A stretch of 32,000 bases of DNA from Candidatus Saccharimonadota bacterium (GCA_046350815.1 JAXLZO010000001.1:1110001-1142000); one strand, 5' to 3'. Shown: positions 1-9,158, numbered from the stretch's first letter. The notes: generated by a model from the sequence alone, not told the origin. Made by a program: numbers and translations.

Positions 1-313
1 TTGGTTCACCGATCGTAATGGTTCCAGTATACTTCTGCACATCGATATAGACATCAAAGTATTCTCGATCTGGAGCTATGCGATGACTGACATGGACCAC
101 TTGCATATCAGCCTCTTGCACCGTGATACAAAGCTCTTCTTGGAGCTCGCGAGCAAGAGCAGATTTTACGAGCTCACCTGACTCAAAGTGTCCAGCAGGA
201 AGCTGGTATTTACCATCTTTGAATCCAGAGTTTTGACGCTGCATGAAAAGTATTTTCCCAGATGCATCACGGATGATAGCATAGATAGCACCATAGAGAT
301 GAGGAGATCGCAT
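1..313 (-). CDS. NUDIX hydrolase (N-terminal part; 3' end runs off the window)
   Basis: ATG at 313-311. The translation is MRSPHLYGAIYAIIRDASGKILFMQRQNSGFKDGKYQLPAGHFESGELVKSALARELQEELCITVQ... It carries the Nudix box GHxExGE-x7-RELxEE. The frame is open to position 1. Confidence 0.85.
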   Translation of the reverse strand, partial: MRSPHLYGAIYAIIRDASGKILFMQRQNSGFKDGKYQLPAGHFESGELVKSALARELQEELCITVQEADMQVVHVSHRIAPDREYFDVYIDVQKYTGTITIGEP

Positions 314-514
314 AAGATAAACTATATAAAAATAAAAACTCCCCACTCACACAGGAAGTTTTTATTTCACCAAAAAACACCCTATGCAGAGAACAAAGAT
401 AATGTGCGTGTTCACAGTCGTGTGACCATACCAAAGGGTGATGAGTAAATAACTCTAAGAAATATAGTTTTTTTCTGATTTCTGTCAAATCAGCACAAGA
501 CAGAGTGGTCCAGA

Positions 515-1152
515 ATGTTACAATTTCTAATGATATATGATAGCATCGAAGCCATGACGACTCTTTTTCTCATTATCAGCATCACTGCTCTCGCCGCTAT
601 CAGCCCGTGACATGATTCTCTCATCATCTCACGAAATACCCTCATCCACGGACGTAAGCATGGATTTGCAACTGCTCTCGGTTGTAGTATGAGTCTCATG
701 ATTCATATGAGCTATTGTATTCTAGGTATAGCAACACTCCTATCATCCTCACCTATCGCATGGAATATACTCAAAACTCTGGTTGCATATTATCTCATCT
801 ATCTTGCTTACAAACTCATTCGTCAGCACACAACGCATCAAAGCAAAGCAATGGGAGAAAGGAAAGAAAGAGATATCAAGAAATCATTTCTCGAAGGATT
901 TTTCTGTGATGTACTCAATCCAGTTGTAATCGTGTTTTTCTCGGCGTCTTTACCCAAGTCATCGATCATGCAGCCTCATGGTGGATTATGCTATGATACG
1001 GACTCGTGATGATCCTTACGATTGTAATCTGGTATGCCATCCTTGCCTACATGGTGAGCTACCAGCGATTCAGAACATACCTCGCACGATTTCATATATG
1101 GATTGATAGGATATTTGGAGTACTACTGATCATGCTTGCAATAAAAATGATA
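515..1152 (+). pseudogene. LysE/RhtB-family amino-acid exporter, disrupted by a frameshift in a T5 run near 935-939 and an IS insertion two codons before its original stop
   Basis: Frame 2 gives ...ALAAISPG(TGA)HDSLIISRNTLIHGRKHGFATALG...FLEGFFCDVLNPVVIVFF. Frame 1 then continues LGVFTQVIDHAASWWIMLG(TGA)YGLVMILTIVIWYAILAYMVSYQRFRTYLARFHIWIDRIFGVLLIMLAIKMI. This is typical LysE topology with an N-terminal SPG motif. An alternative start is the ATG at 554. Confidence 0.7.
1146..1152. repeat. Target-site duplication (left copy, AATGATA; right copy at 1934-1940)
   Basis: Identical 7-mers directly abut both IS ends. Removing the IS plus one copy restores ...AIKMII-TAA for the LysE gene, just before the terminator at 1945. 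Confidence 0.7.
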
Positions 1153-1169
1153 GGCTCTAGACCAGAAGA
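1153..1169. repeat. IS1595-family left terminal inverted repeat
   Basis: GGCTCTAGACCAGAAGA, a perfect reverse complement of 1917-1933. Confidence 0.85.
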
Positions 1170-1193
1170 AAGTAACTCATATACTCTCTTCTT

Positions 1194-1904
1194 ATGATCC
1201 CATACAGCAAAATATCAGTTCACGAACTTAAAAAGATTATTAAGTGCTTTTGTGTGGATATTGATGCCACAAAAACAAGCGAGCTTTTGGGATATAATCG
1301 AAAGACCGTTAACCATTATTTCTCTATCTTTAGGAAAATAATCTACACGAATCGTATTGAGGCTTTCAAAGAAAAGATAGGTTGAGAAATAGAAGTAGAT
1401 GAAAGCTATTTCTGAGCCAAGCGAAAAAGATGATTTGCAGGAAAACTTAAACGATGAAGATGAACCCTCAAACAGCCAGTATTTTGACTCATCAAGAGAA
1501 AAGATGAGAATGGAAGAGTAGAAATATATACAGAGATTATTCCGAATTGCAAAGCTGTAACACTCCGCCCTATAATACAGGGAAAAGTCAGTATAGAAGA
1601 TTCTATCCTATATTCGGATGGCTGGAAGGGATACGATGGTCTCGTAGATGTATGAATCGACAAGCACTTTCGAGTCAACCATGGTACAAGTGAATTCTCA
1701 CTTGGGAATGGAATTCACATCAATGGGATTGAGAACTTCTGGAGTTTTACAAAGCGCCGATTGAACAAGTTCAACGGCGTGAAAGTAAACTTTCACCTTC
1801 ATCTCAAAGAATGTGAATGGAGATATACCAAAGAAAGCTTTGAACTTGAGCAGGAACTTCTTACAATGATTAAAATCTTTTATAAAAAATCCAGAAAATC
1901 TTAG
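1194..1904 (+). CDS. IS1595-family (ISXO2-like DDE) transposase, 236 aa, with 7 in-frame TGA=Gly codons
   Basis: Table-25 translation: MIPYSKISVHELKKIIKCFCVDIDATKTSELLGYNRKTVNHYF...KIGGEIEVDESYFGAKRKRGFAGKLKRGRGTLKQPVFGLIKRKDENGRVEIYTEIIPNCKAVTLRPIIQGKVSIEDSILYSDGWKGYDGLVDVGIDKHFRVNHGTSEF...HINGIENFWSFTKRRLNKFNGV...LKECEWRY. The family hallmarks (VDESYFG, GKxKRGRG, PVFG, TDxWxxY, HxxVNH, NxIExFW) are all present. TAG stop at 1902-1904. Confidence 0.9.
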
Positions 1905-1916
1905 ATATTTCTAAAA

Positions 1917-1933
1917 TCTTCTGGTCTAGAGCC
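1917..1933. repeat. IS1595-family right terminal inverted repeat
   Basis: TCTTCTGGTCTAGAGCC, a perfect reverse complement of 1153-1169. Confidence 0.85.
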
Positions 1934-1944
1934 AATGATAATAT

Positions 1945-1970
1945 AAAAGCCACCCTATCGGGTGGCTTTT
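1945..1970. terminator. Bidirectional rho-independent terminator
   Basis: AAAAGCCACCC-TATC-GGGTGGCTTTT lies between the LysE/IS unit (+) and the convergent small ORF (-). Confidence 0.7.
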
Positions 1971-1989
1971 GATCCAACAAAGCTGGCAG

Positions 1990-2178
1990 TTAGGAAGATT
2001 TATCCCCCGTATGCGCAATCACAGTGCTGGTGTGTCGGTGACCATGTCCATGCTTCCATTCCATAGAGGCACGATGCCTCTCATGAAGGTCCAGAACATC
2101 TGGTAAAGCCACTTCAGGTGGGACACTTTTGTTTTTGTTTTCTTCAGGACGAATATCGCCCTCGCTATTGTTCGCCAT
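1990..2178 (-). CDS. Small His-rich hypothetical protein (62 aa)
   Basis: Intact ORF MANNSEGDIRPEENKNKSVPPEVALPDVLDLHERHRASMEWKHGHGHRHTSTVIAHTGDKSS. A canonical AAGGAG Shine-Dalgarno (complement of 2188-2193) lies 9 nt upstream of the ATG. It is visibly GC-richer than its surroundings. I recognise no homolog. Confidence 0.5.
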   Translation of the reverse strand: MANNSEGDIRPEENKNKSVPPEVALPDVLDLHERHRASMEWKHGHGHRHTSTVIAHTGDKSS

Positions 2179-2237
2179 TTTTTTTACTCCTTAGCTAGCA
2201 AAATGGGATATCATTATACATAATATCCCAACTTGTC

Positions 2238-2269
2238 AAAAAAATCTCTGATTAATCAGAGATTTTTTT
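2238..2269. terminator. Perfect 16+16 palindrome overlapping the yidC stop codon; likely terminator
   Basis: AAAAAAATCTCTGATT/AATCAGAGATTTTTTT is centred at 2253/2254. Confidence 0.5.
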
Positions 2270-3475
2270 TGCTTTCTTCTTATGAGTTGCTACCTTGTTT
2301 GCGACAATCTGTTGAGCGATCATAAAGAGATTCCCTATGAACCAATAGAGTGTAAGACCAAGTGGAAAGAATAATGCAGATACCGAGATAATCACTGGCA
2401 TAAAGTAGAGAAAAAATCGACTCATTACCTCCTGATTTGGCATAGCAGATCAGCTCGCAGCACTCTCTTCAAGGGCTTGCATGAGTGACTTTTTCGGCTT
2501 TGTCTGATCATGGGTTGTCTTGAGAGAAAGACGAATCTGGATGAACTGTGCCAATCAGAGAATAACAGCAGCAATGATACCAAGAGTCCCACCTACTGAA
2601 AGGAGGTCGATACCCAAAAACATCTTGTCAATGGACGGAAATGAGAAATCGTGAAAAAATTGATAGAGATAATACCCATTCGCCGTATCATGAACACTAA
2701 TCAGGAGAAAATAAATCGCAGAGAGGAATGGAAGCTGTATAAGAATTGGGAGACAAGCACCAAAAGGATTCACATTCTCTCTCTTCCAAAGTTCCATCAT
2801 CTTGAGACCAAGTTGTTGTTGATTATCTTTGTACTCTTCTTTGAGGGCAGCAATCTTTGGTTGAAGCTCTTGCATTCGACGAGCTGCTACCATAGACTTG
2901 TGTTGTGGCACCAAGAGGATGAGTCTCACTAATACCGTCAAAAGAATAATAGCAAGCCCGAGGGAATGATCTGGAAGAAATGTTATAATACCGACAAAAA
3001 GATTGAGGATCGGTGCATAAAAAGCTGTGGTAACAAGCGATCGAAAGAATCATTGCTTTTCGGCTATGATCGTAAGATTACTCACCTCACTCCCCGATGA
3101 AAAGAGTCGAACATCAAAACTCGCAGGAATATAGAAAAGCTTATTGAGATGATATGTGTCAACATTAATCTTGGAATTTGGTCAAATTATCACCTCATCT
3201 CGACAAAAATCTTTTGGAAGATCTTCTACAAGATCGCCATTTCGGCGAAACATAAGATCACGGCAGACTTCAAATTTCTTTGGGTCACTAGTATTATTCT
3301 CAATAGTAAGAACTGGGGAGTTTGGAACGGTAATACTTGAATCAGCAACCGATATAGCATATTTTCATTGGAGAGAACTCTGATGCTCCTGTGTTGGCAT
3401 GAGCCAACTCACCATCAAGAACGTAATGCCAAAAACAAGAAAGAACTGAAAAAACTTGGGAGAATTTTGTTGCAT
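2252..3475 (-). CDS. yidC: Membrane protein insertase YidC (407 aa, re-joined across in-frame TGAs)
   Basis: The table-25 reading is continuous. It begins MQQNSPKFFQFFLVFGITFLMVSW (TM1). It continues ...GFFRSLVTTAFYAPILNLFVGIITFLPDHSLGLAIILLTVLVRLILLVPQHKSMVAARRMQELQPKIAALKEEYKDNQQQLGLKMMELWKRENVNPFGACLPILIQLPFLSAIYFLL. The C-terminal part reads ...MSRFFLYFMPVIISVSALFFPLGLTLYWFIGNLFMIAQQ. These are the conserved YidC/Oxa1 core motifs. Confidence 0.9.
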
Positions 3476-3496
3476 GGAGAGAGCTATTGAGTGAAA

Positions 3497-3913
3497 TTAG
3501 ATGAGACAGATGACAGCGACTGACATCCCGAGAAGACTTCCAGCAAAAGCCTCAGAGGGAAGATGTCCTATGGATTCATTGAAGTCATGTTCACGTCCTG
3601 TAAGCTCATTGAGTACCTTTGCATGGAGTCATGCCTCAAAACGCACATTCATAGCATCATAGATAATAATGAGCGAAACAATGAGTCCAATCATAAAGTA
3701 ATCAGAACTGACGCCATGCTTGATACCAAGTGCTGTTGCCATAGACGTTGCAAGTGCAGAATGTGAGGATGGCATTCCACCAGATGAAAGCATCAAAGGA
3801 ACGCTAAAACGACCAATCGCAAGAAGCCATATCCCCTTTCCAATAACAGAGGCAAGCCAAGCAATTGTTGGAATCAAGAGAAGATGCTCAAGAAAATATT
3901 GCGATATGGTCAT
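3497..3913 (-). CDS. Divergent PAP2 / DUF212 (acid phosphatase-vanadium haloperoxidase-related) membrane protein, 138 aa
   Basis: ...SSGGMPSSHSALATSMATALG...IIIYDAMNVRFEAG(TGA)LHAKVLNELTGREHDFNESIGHLPSEAFAGSLLGM matches the DUF212 signature (GGMPSSHSA, YDA.gvR..aG, GH.P.Ev..G). TAA stop at 3497. Confidence 0.75.
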
Positions 3914-3920
3914 AAAAATG

Positions 3921-4409
3921 TTATTTTATCTCCAAGATAGTAGCGCTGTATGTTTCTTCCATACCCTTCCACTCAACATTGTCACCTTTAAAATGATTCA
4001 GAAGTGCGGAACCAATAGGAGATTCATTAGAAATTCTATTTTCAAAGATATCAACTTCAGTTGGACCAACTATTTTATATGTTTCTTCTCGACCATCATC
4101 AAAAGAAAGCGACACGAAAGAGCCTATGATTGCTTTTGCACCAGATTTACGTGCCGTTGTATCAATGAGCTCATAGTTCTTGAGAATTTCCTCAAGCTCC
4201 GATATACGTAACTCAATACGAGCCTGCTCATTACGAGCATCTTCGTACTCTGAGTTCTCAGAGAGGTCACCAAATGAAATTGCTTCTTTGAGCTTTTCAG
4301 CAACATTGAGACGTTCTACCTCTTTGAGATTCTGAAGTTCAGACTTGATCTCTTCAAGACCTTCTTGAGTGAGAAGCACTTTTTTGTTATTTGCAGCAGA
4401 AACAGACAT
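3921..4409 (-). CDS. greA: Transcription elongation factor GreA
   Basis: Intact 162-aa ORF: MSVSAANNKKVLLTQEGLEEIKSELQNLKEVERLNVAEKLKEAISFGDLSENSEYEDARNEQARIELRISELEEIL... This is the GreA coiled-coil plus C-terminal domain. It has no TGA codon among its 9 Gly. Confidence 0.95.
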   Translation of the reverse strand: MSVSAANNKKVLLTQEGLEEIKSELQNLKEVERLNVAEKLKEAISFGDLSENSEYEDARNEQARIELRISELEEILKNYELIDTTARKSGAKAIIGSFVSLSFDDGREETYKIVGPTEVDIFENRISNESPIGSALLNHFKGDNVEWKGMEETYSATILEIK

Positions 4410-4499
4410 ACGGAAAAGAAAGACAAAATATGTTCGAGCATATAGAGTTTTCTCTTTATTGCAAGCGGTTTTTTGAGAATTTTTCTTTTTTAAATGAAG

Positions 4500-4860
4500 A
4501 AGGAAAGCTCTTCTACATTCGTACTATTTTACTTGAATACAAAAGAAGAAGGATCGAAAAATAATTACAAATAGGAAAAGTGAGAGTCAAGCGAAAGAGT
4601 TTGCTTTTTGTTCTCAAGCGTCGATAATGTTCATGTTTCGCTCGTCCGTGCATCTGGCTATTATTTTTTCTCATCAAACCATTGCTCAGGAGAGAAGATC
4701 GCGAGAGGGTGACGGCTTCGTCCTCATCCGCACTTCTCAACAACATCATCCGTGATTTCGAATAATGTTGATTACGCTCCATGAGATACAAAAATCTAGT
4801 CAAAACGGCGAGAAAAATCAAAACTCTTCAGAAATGGAGAGTTTTGTGTTACTACAAATC
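4500..4860. other. Unassigned spacer with a GC-rich hairpin core: candidate structured ncRNA or a small leaderless ORF (ATG 4782, minus strand, 89 codons to TAG at 4513)
   Basis: On the minus strand there is a long irregular hairpin, GAGAAG-UGCG-GAU-GAG-GACG-AAGC-CGUC-ACC-CUC-U-CGCG-AU-CUUCUC (about 4692-4738). A second stem is CAACAUUAU...AUGAUGUUG (about 4742-4771). An AU-rich hairpin AAAACTCT-N10-AGAGTTTT lies at 4821-4846. I found no conserved motif of any known RNA family. Confidence 0.3.
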
Positions 4861-4889
4861 TATAGAAAGATATTTGTCAACAAAGAAAG

Positions 4890-4918
4890 TTGCATAGATG
4901 TTCAGCTTAGAGTATGAT
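4890..4918 (+). promoter_or_regulatory. Putative sigma70-type promoter of the giant ORF (TTGCAT-17 nt-TATGAT)
   Basis: -35 TTGCAT at 4890-4895, a 17-nt spacer, and -10 TATGAT at 4913-4918. The ATG at 4929 is only 10 nt downstream, implying a very short leader or none. Confidence 0.35.
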
Positions 4919-4928
4919 AACAAAAAAT

Positions 4929-7900
4929 ATGCCAAAAAATATCAACACTCCGACAGGTAATCAAGAATCACAACTTGAGGATTTTCTCACAAACAAAAGC
5001 GAGAGGATGAATACCTTTCGTAATTTTTTCTATAACTACAGTGATACTCAAGCATGATCTGCTTTTTTACGAAACGAGGGTCATAAGGCATTCAGCGGAG
5101 CCATGAATACCAATGTACTTTTTGTCGCATATTTTGAGTCACTCAAAAAAACAAATCCATACACCAACCCGGCAAATGGAGCAGGGCTCACTGACCAAGG
5201 AAAAACTGATGTACAAGACAATATAGCAAATGTGAACAAAAATGAATTTGAATCACTCGTTTATTCGCAACACAATCTTCTTTTGAGACAAGAATCACAT
5301 CTTCTCACAAAAATCGAATCATGGTATGCGGTAGATACACCTGGTCACCTCACGAGAGTACAAGTATGATTAGAGGTAAAAAAACTCAATCTCAAAGAGA
5401 TCAATACCGCCATCTACTCATCATCCAGACTCACGAACCTCATTAATACATGGCACAAAGCAAGTACAACTCATGACTACAATTTTCAAGGTCATAAGAA
5501 AAAAATGATCGATGATATTGCAGCAATTACTGGAATACCTGCAACTGATACAAATCTCACAGATATATACAATCGTCTCACTCGAGAAGAGAATGCTGAT
5601 GTAACTAATCTTGAAAAAATTCTCGGAAATATTGACGGACTCACTCCTGATCAGAAATTCAATATTCTCGCCATCATCAAGCCAACCATTTCACTACGGG
5701 AATATCGCACTATTGCTGCAAAACACAATGGCGGAACACTCAAGGATGATGATGAGATTATAGATAATATCATCAATGCTCATCCAGCAGTACCACCACT
5801 CACGCCAGATCAAAAGGCTCTTATTAGAACAAGAATATTAGCTACAATCGATCAGAATGGAGATATCATTCGTATACCACTTTCACAAATTAGAACCCAA
5901 AGACCAACAGATTATCTGAATATCCTTCAAGAAACGACCGAAGAGGCGCTCGGAACTATAGCAGATAAGAAAAAGAGAGAATCAACCCTTGAAAAATTCG
6001 ATCAACGTGAAATTGGAGCAAAACATACCGAGCGAGATAAAGATATCAAAGTAAATCTTGATGATGAGCTTGAATCTCTCAAGACACAAGGTGAACAGAA
6101 TTTTGCACAACTCAAAGATGCAGGAATCAATGCAGATAGTCATGATCAAATACTGAACGCATTTATCATGAGACTTAGTGAACTAAAAATCGATCAAGCC
6201 CAGAAAATAAAAAATCTCACCGCGAGTCCTCCGTCAAAACTCTACATCATTTATCGAATGGGTGGAGTTAATCAATATGTAGAAATAACAGCCTACAATG
6301 GCAACGCTACACCAATACCAACAATCCGATGTATCAATCACACTAATGTTGATGGTGAATACTATGCAAATAAGCATGCTACTGATGTACCAATTGACAA
6401 AATCGCAAAAACCATCTCCCGTGCTGATCGATGAGAGGGATGAAAAGATAATTTCATAAAAAAAGGTGAAAGTGGCTGTGTTGTGGAAGAATCTTTTGTA
6501 CAAGACTTAGTGAATAGAGGTGTACTCAAAGAAAATATTCAAGATGGAGAAATGAAACGCGAAGATCTTGAAAAAAAACTCTTTGAGCTCGATGGAGAGA
6601 AAAACAAGCTCGAGCCAGGTCTCCTCATACAAACCATGGATACTGAGGGGAAGCCGATGTTTGTTGAGGTAACTGCGATTGATGAGAATGCAAAAACTAT
6701 CTCTATCAACACCACGATTGATAGTGATAATACCCAAAATATTGTTCATCTTCAATTTCATGAATTTCTCTGAGTATTTAACCGAACACAATGTAGGAGA
6801 GTTTGACTCGCAAAAGATATCAAATCATTTATCGAACTCTGCAAAAAGACACATAAACCTTCGGAATTTGCGAACATCAGCTTAGGAAAAGATGGAAAAC
6901 TGCAATATAAAAATGATAAAGAAAGAGCAGACTATATTGTCGGCTGATTTCGTACTCGTGGAAACAAGCCAAATCATATCATCATAAACGAGATAAGTGA
7001 TACGGGAGTAACATTTATCTATGTCGAGGAGGGTGAACTTGAGAAAGATAAGGACGGGAAAAATACAAATGTCATCAAAACAAAACCAAAGCCAAAATTC
7101 GTCCGAAAATATGAGAATGTATCGCTCAAATTCCTCGCTGATCAGCTCAATTTTCTCCATGACGGGGATTGGCAGACATTCAAAGATGATATAGGTGAAG
7201 AAGCAAAAAAGAGATTAGAAGAAGAGCACAAAAAACACGAACGGGAGAAAAATCACAAACATGAGCACAAACCACACTATCATGGATGACCACTCCAGTG
7301 GATGGCACATTCCAAGAATTTTTGACACCTTTTCAAGGGTATTGGGATGGCATTTGGTGAACTCAAACATTTTATCGAGCACGGAGATGAACATGTAGCA
7401 AAAGAGATGGAATATGCATTCATCTCGTGGATGCGAGATACCCCATGATTCAAGAAATTCATGCCGGAAGAGATTTATCTCGATATGAAGGCAGAAATCG
7501 AATCAAAGAAGAAGAAAGCGATTGATGAGCTCGCTGAGAAATGGGGTGGATTATCCACAGGAGATTGTGGAAATATGGCTGTAGCACTTCTCGCCGATAA
7601 GCATACAACGATGGAACAAATGTTCGGAATTATCTTTGGTATTCACAAAAAGGTTGGAAATCTGTATGGTATACCCATTCTCCAATCAGAGCGTGACCAA
7701 ACACATGTTGATGGTATCGATGATCCCGTGCCAATTTTTCTCTATAAGCTCTGTGTTATTCAGGGAGATGATCCAGTTAAAATGATCAACGAACTACGAA
7801 AAAAATGTGGTAAATGATGAGAGAGAGCTTTTGAAGGCGGTATTGATCCAGTGCCTGAAATGTATCTCATTCAAGTGTATTCACATACGGTACTACAAAA

Positions 7901-9158
7901 CAAGAATCCTCCCCCTGTCCCTGGTTCATTTCATGCCAAGATTGCAGGCGCAGGAGGACCAAATGAGCAGGAGCAAAAAAAGAAAGCAACCGATGGAGAA
8001 GCAGATATGTACTCAACACAGGATCAGATAGAATCTCGGATGTATGCTCTGGCAAAAGATGGAGAGATAGCACAAGCAATAGGATTCTATGAAAGACTCA
8101 TACCTCGATGAGCCCCTATGAGTACGCTCATGGGATTACCATTTATCGTAGCAACAACATGACTGAGAGATTACATGAGTAATCAGCTCGTACGTCAACT
8201 TCATATAAATGGCGTCTACGAACAAGGTTTTTCATCGAGCTTATTCACAGCACTTGAGAGTCAAGATAAATACACGAATTTTCACACACTTCTCAAGGCA
8301 CTTTCAGAAAATGCCTACGAGATGAATGGTGAGGCAATTCTTCCGGATGCAGCACGTACTGATCTTAAAGAGCTCCTAAATGGCACATTCAATGATGTAG
8401 CCGCCGTAGGACGAAAATGAGCGCCAGGCTTTAAAGGAGGGAAAACAATCTTGAATCAAAAGGTAGATCTTGCACAGAAATTCTGGACATCCTATGGTAA
8501 GCGACTCATGCAAGTACTTGATGGAAACGATGATAATCTCCTCCTTCTCCAACAGCAAAAGGGTATTCCATGAGCAGAAGAGCACTTTAAACAAACCAAG
8601 GAACGAACGGAATGACGATCATTTAATGCGAATCTCACGAGCTGGAAGAATGGACACTATAACACGGACAGCACCAACTATACGCTCCTCAACCCAAAAG
8701 AGGCAGCATCAAGTTTTTGATGAGTAAATAACTTAACTGGAAAGTTTAAATCAGATGAGACCTGACAAATGCATGAGAATATTTTTATGTCTTTTCAACA
8801 AGCATTTCAACGTGTTAAAAAAATTAAGGATCCAGAGGTACAAAAGGATAAATTCTTTGAAATGCACTATGAAATACTCAAGAAAATCATGGGGGAACTC
8901 AGTGATGATGTCATCGAGAAATTGATGAAGACAAACAATCATCCAAATTGGTACAGTATGCTACGAAGAACGATTGGATTCAATATCAGAAACTATAACG
9001 CTAATGATGTAAACGGATATAGCGGATCCGAAGATCCAACGTATCGAGCAAAAGCACAAAAAGAACTTGATTTTCTTCTTCAAGGTGGTACCGTAAATAG
9101 TGTTATTGGAAATGTGAGTTGACACACAGGAGCAACGATTAATCCGGCATTTCAATAA
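4929..9158 (+). CDS. Giant orphan protein, 1409 aa, with 21 in-frame TGA=Gly codons; no domain recognised
   Basis: Seven track ORFs (5103, 5505, 6483, 7461, 7851, 8175, 8769) all lie in frame 0. I walked every gap codon by codon and found only TGA, never TAA or TAG, from the TAG at 4908 to the TAA at 9156-9158. In-frame ATGs occur at 4914 and 4929. A hairpin terminator follows immediately. There is no signal peptide. The protein is charged and K/E/D-rich, with internal repeats and a His-rich tract (EEEHKKHEREKNHKHEHKPHYHGG). Confidence 0.8.

Larger units (their letters stand above)
1153..1933 (+). mobile_element. Complete IS1595-family insertion sequence (781 bp) with 17-bp perfect terminal inverted repeats and a 7-bp target-site duplication
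   Basis: IRL GGCTCTAGACCAGAAGA (1153-1169) is the exact reverse complement of IRR TCTTCTGGTCTAGAGCC (1917-1933). It is flanked by direct repeats AATGATA at 1146-1152 and 1934-1940. It encloses one ISXO2-like DDE transposase gene. Confidence 0.85.

Noticed and set aside
932-944. Programmed -1 ribosomal frameshift at G-TTT-TTC in the LysE gene.
   Set aside because: Only the A-site codon can re-pair after slippage (the P-site would go from TTT to GTT). I see no downstream stimulatory structure. The gene is also hit by an IS, so an indel or sequencing error is the simpler explanation.
1006-1197. Track ORF 1006..1197 as an independent 63-aa gene.
   Set aside because: It is the frame-1 continuation of the LysE-family gene after the T5-run frameshift. 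It starts at a GTG, not a real start codon, and its end is created by read-through into the IS.
4513-4821. Tested whether the GC-rich spacer is tmRNA, RNase P RNA or SRP RNA.
   Set aside because: The diagnostic motifs are absent on both strands. There is no GGGG 5' end, T-arm-like GGTTCGAATCC or tag ORF ending in TAA (tmRNA). There is no GAGGAAAGTCC, GGGTGAAA or ACAGAAxxCGGCTTA (RNase P). There is no AGG...GGAA...AGCAGC helix-8 pattern (SRP). It is kept only as an unassigned candidate.
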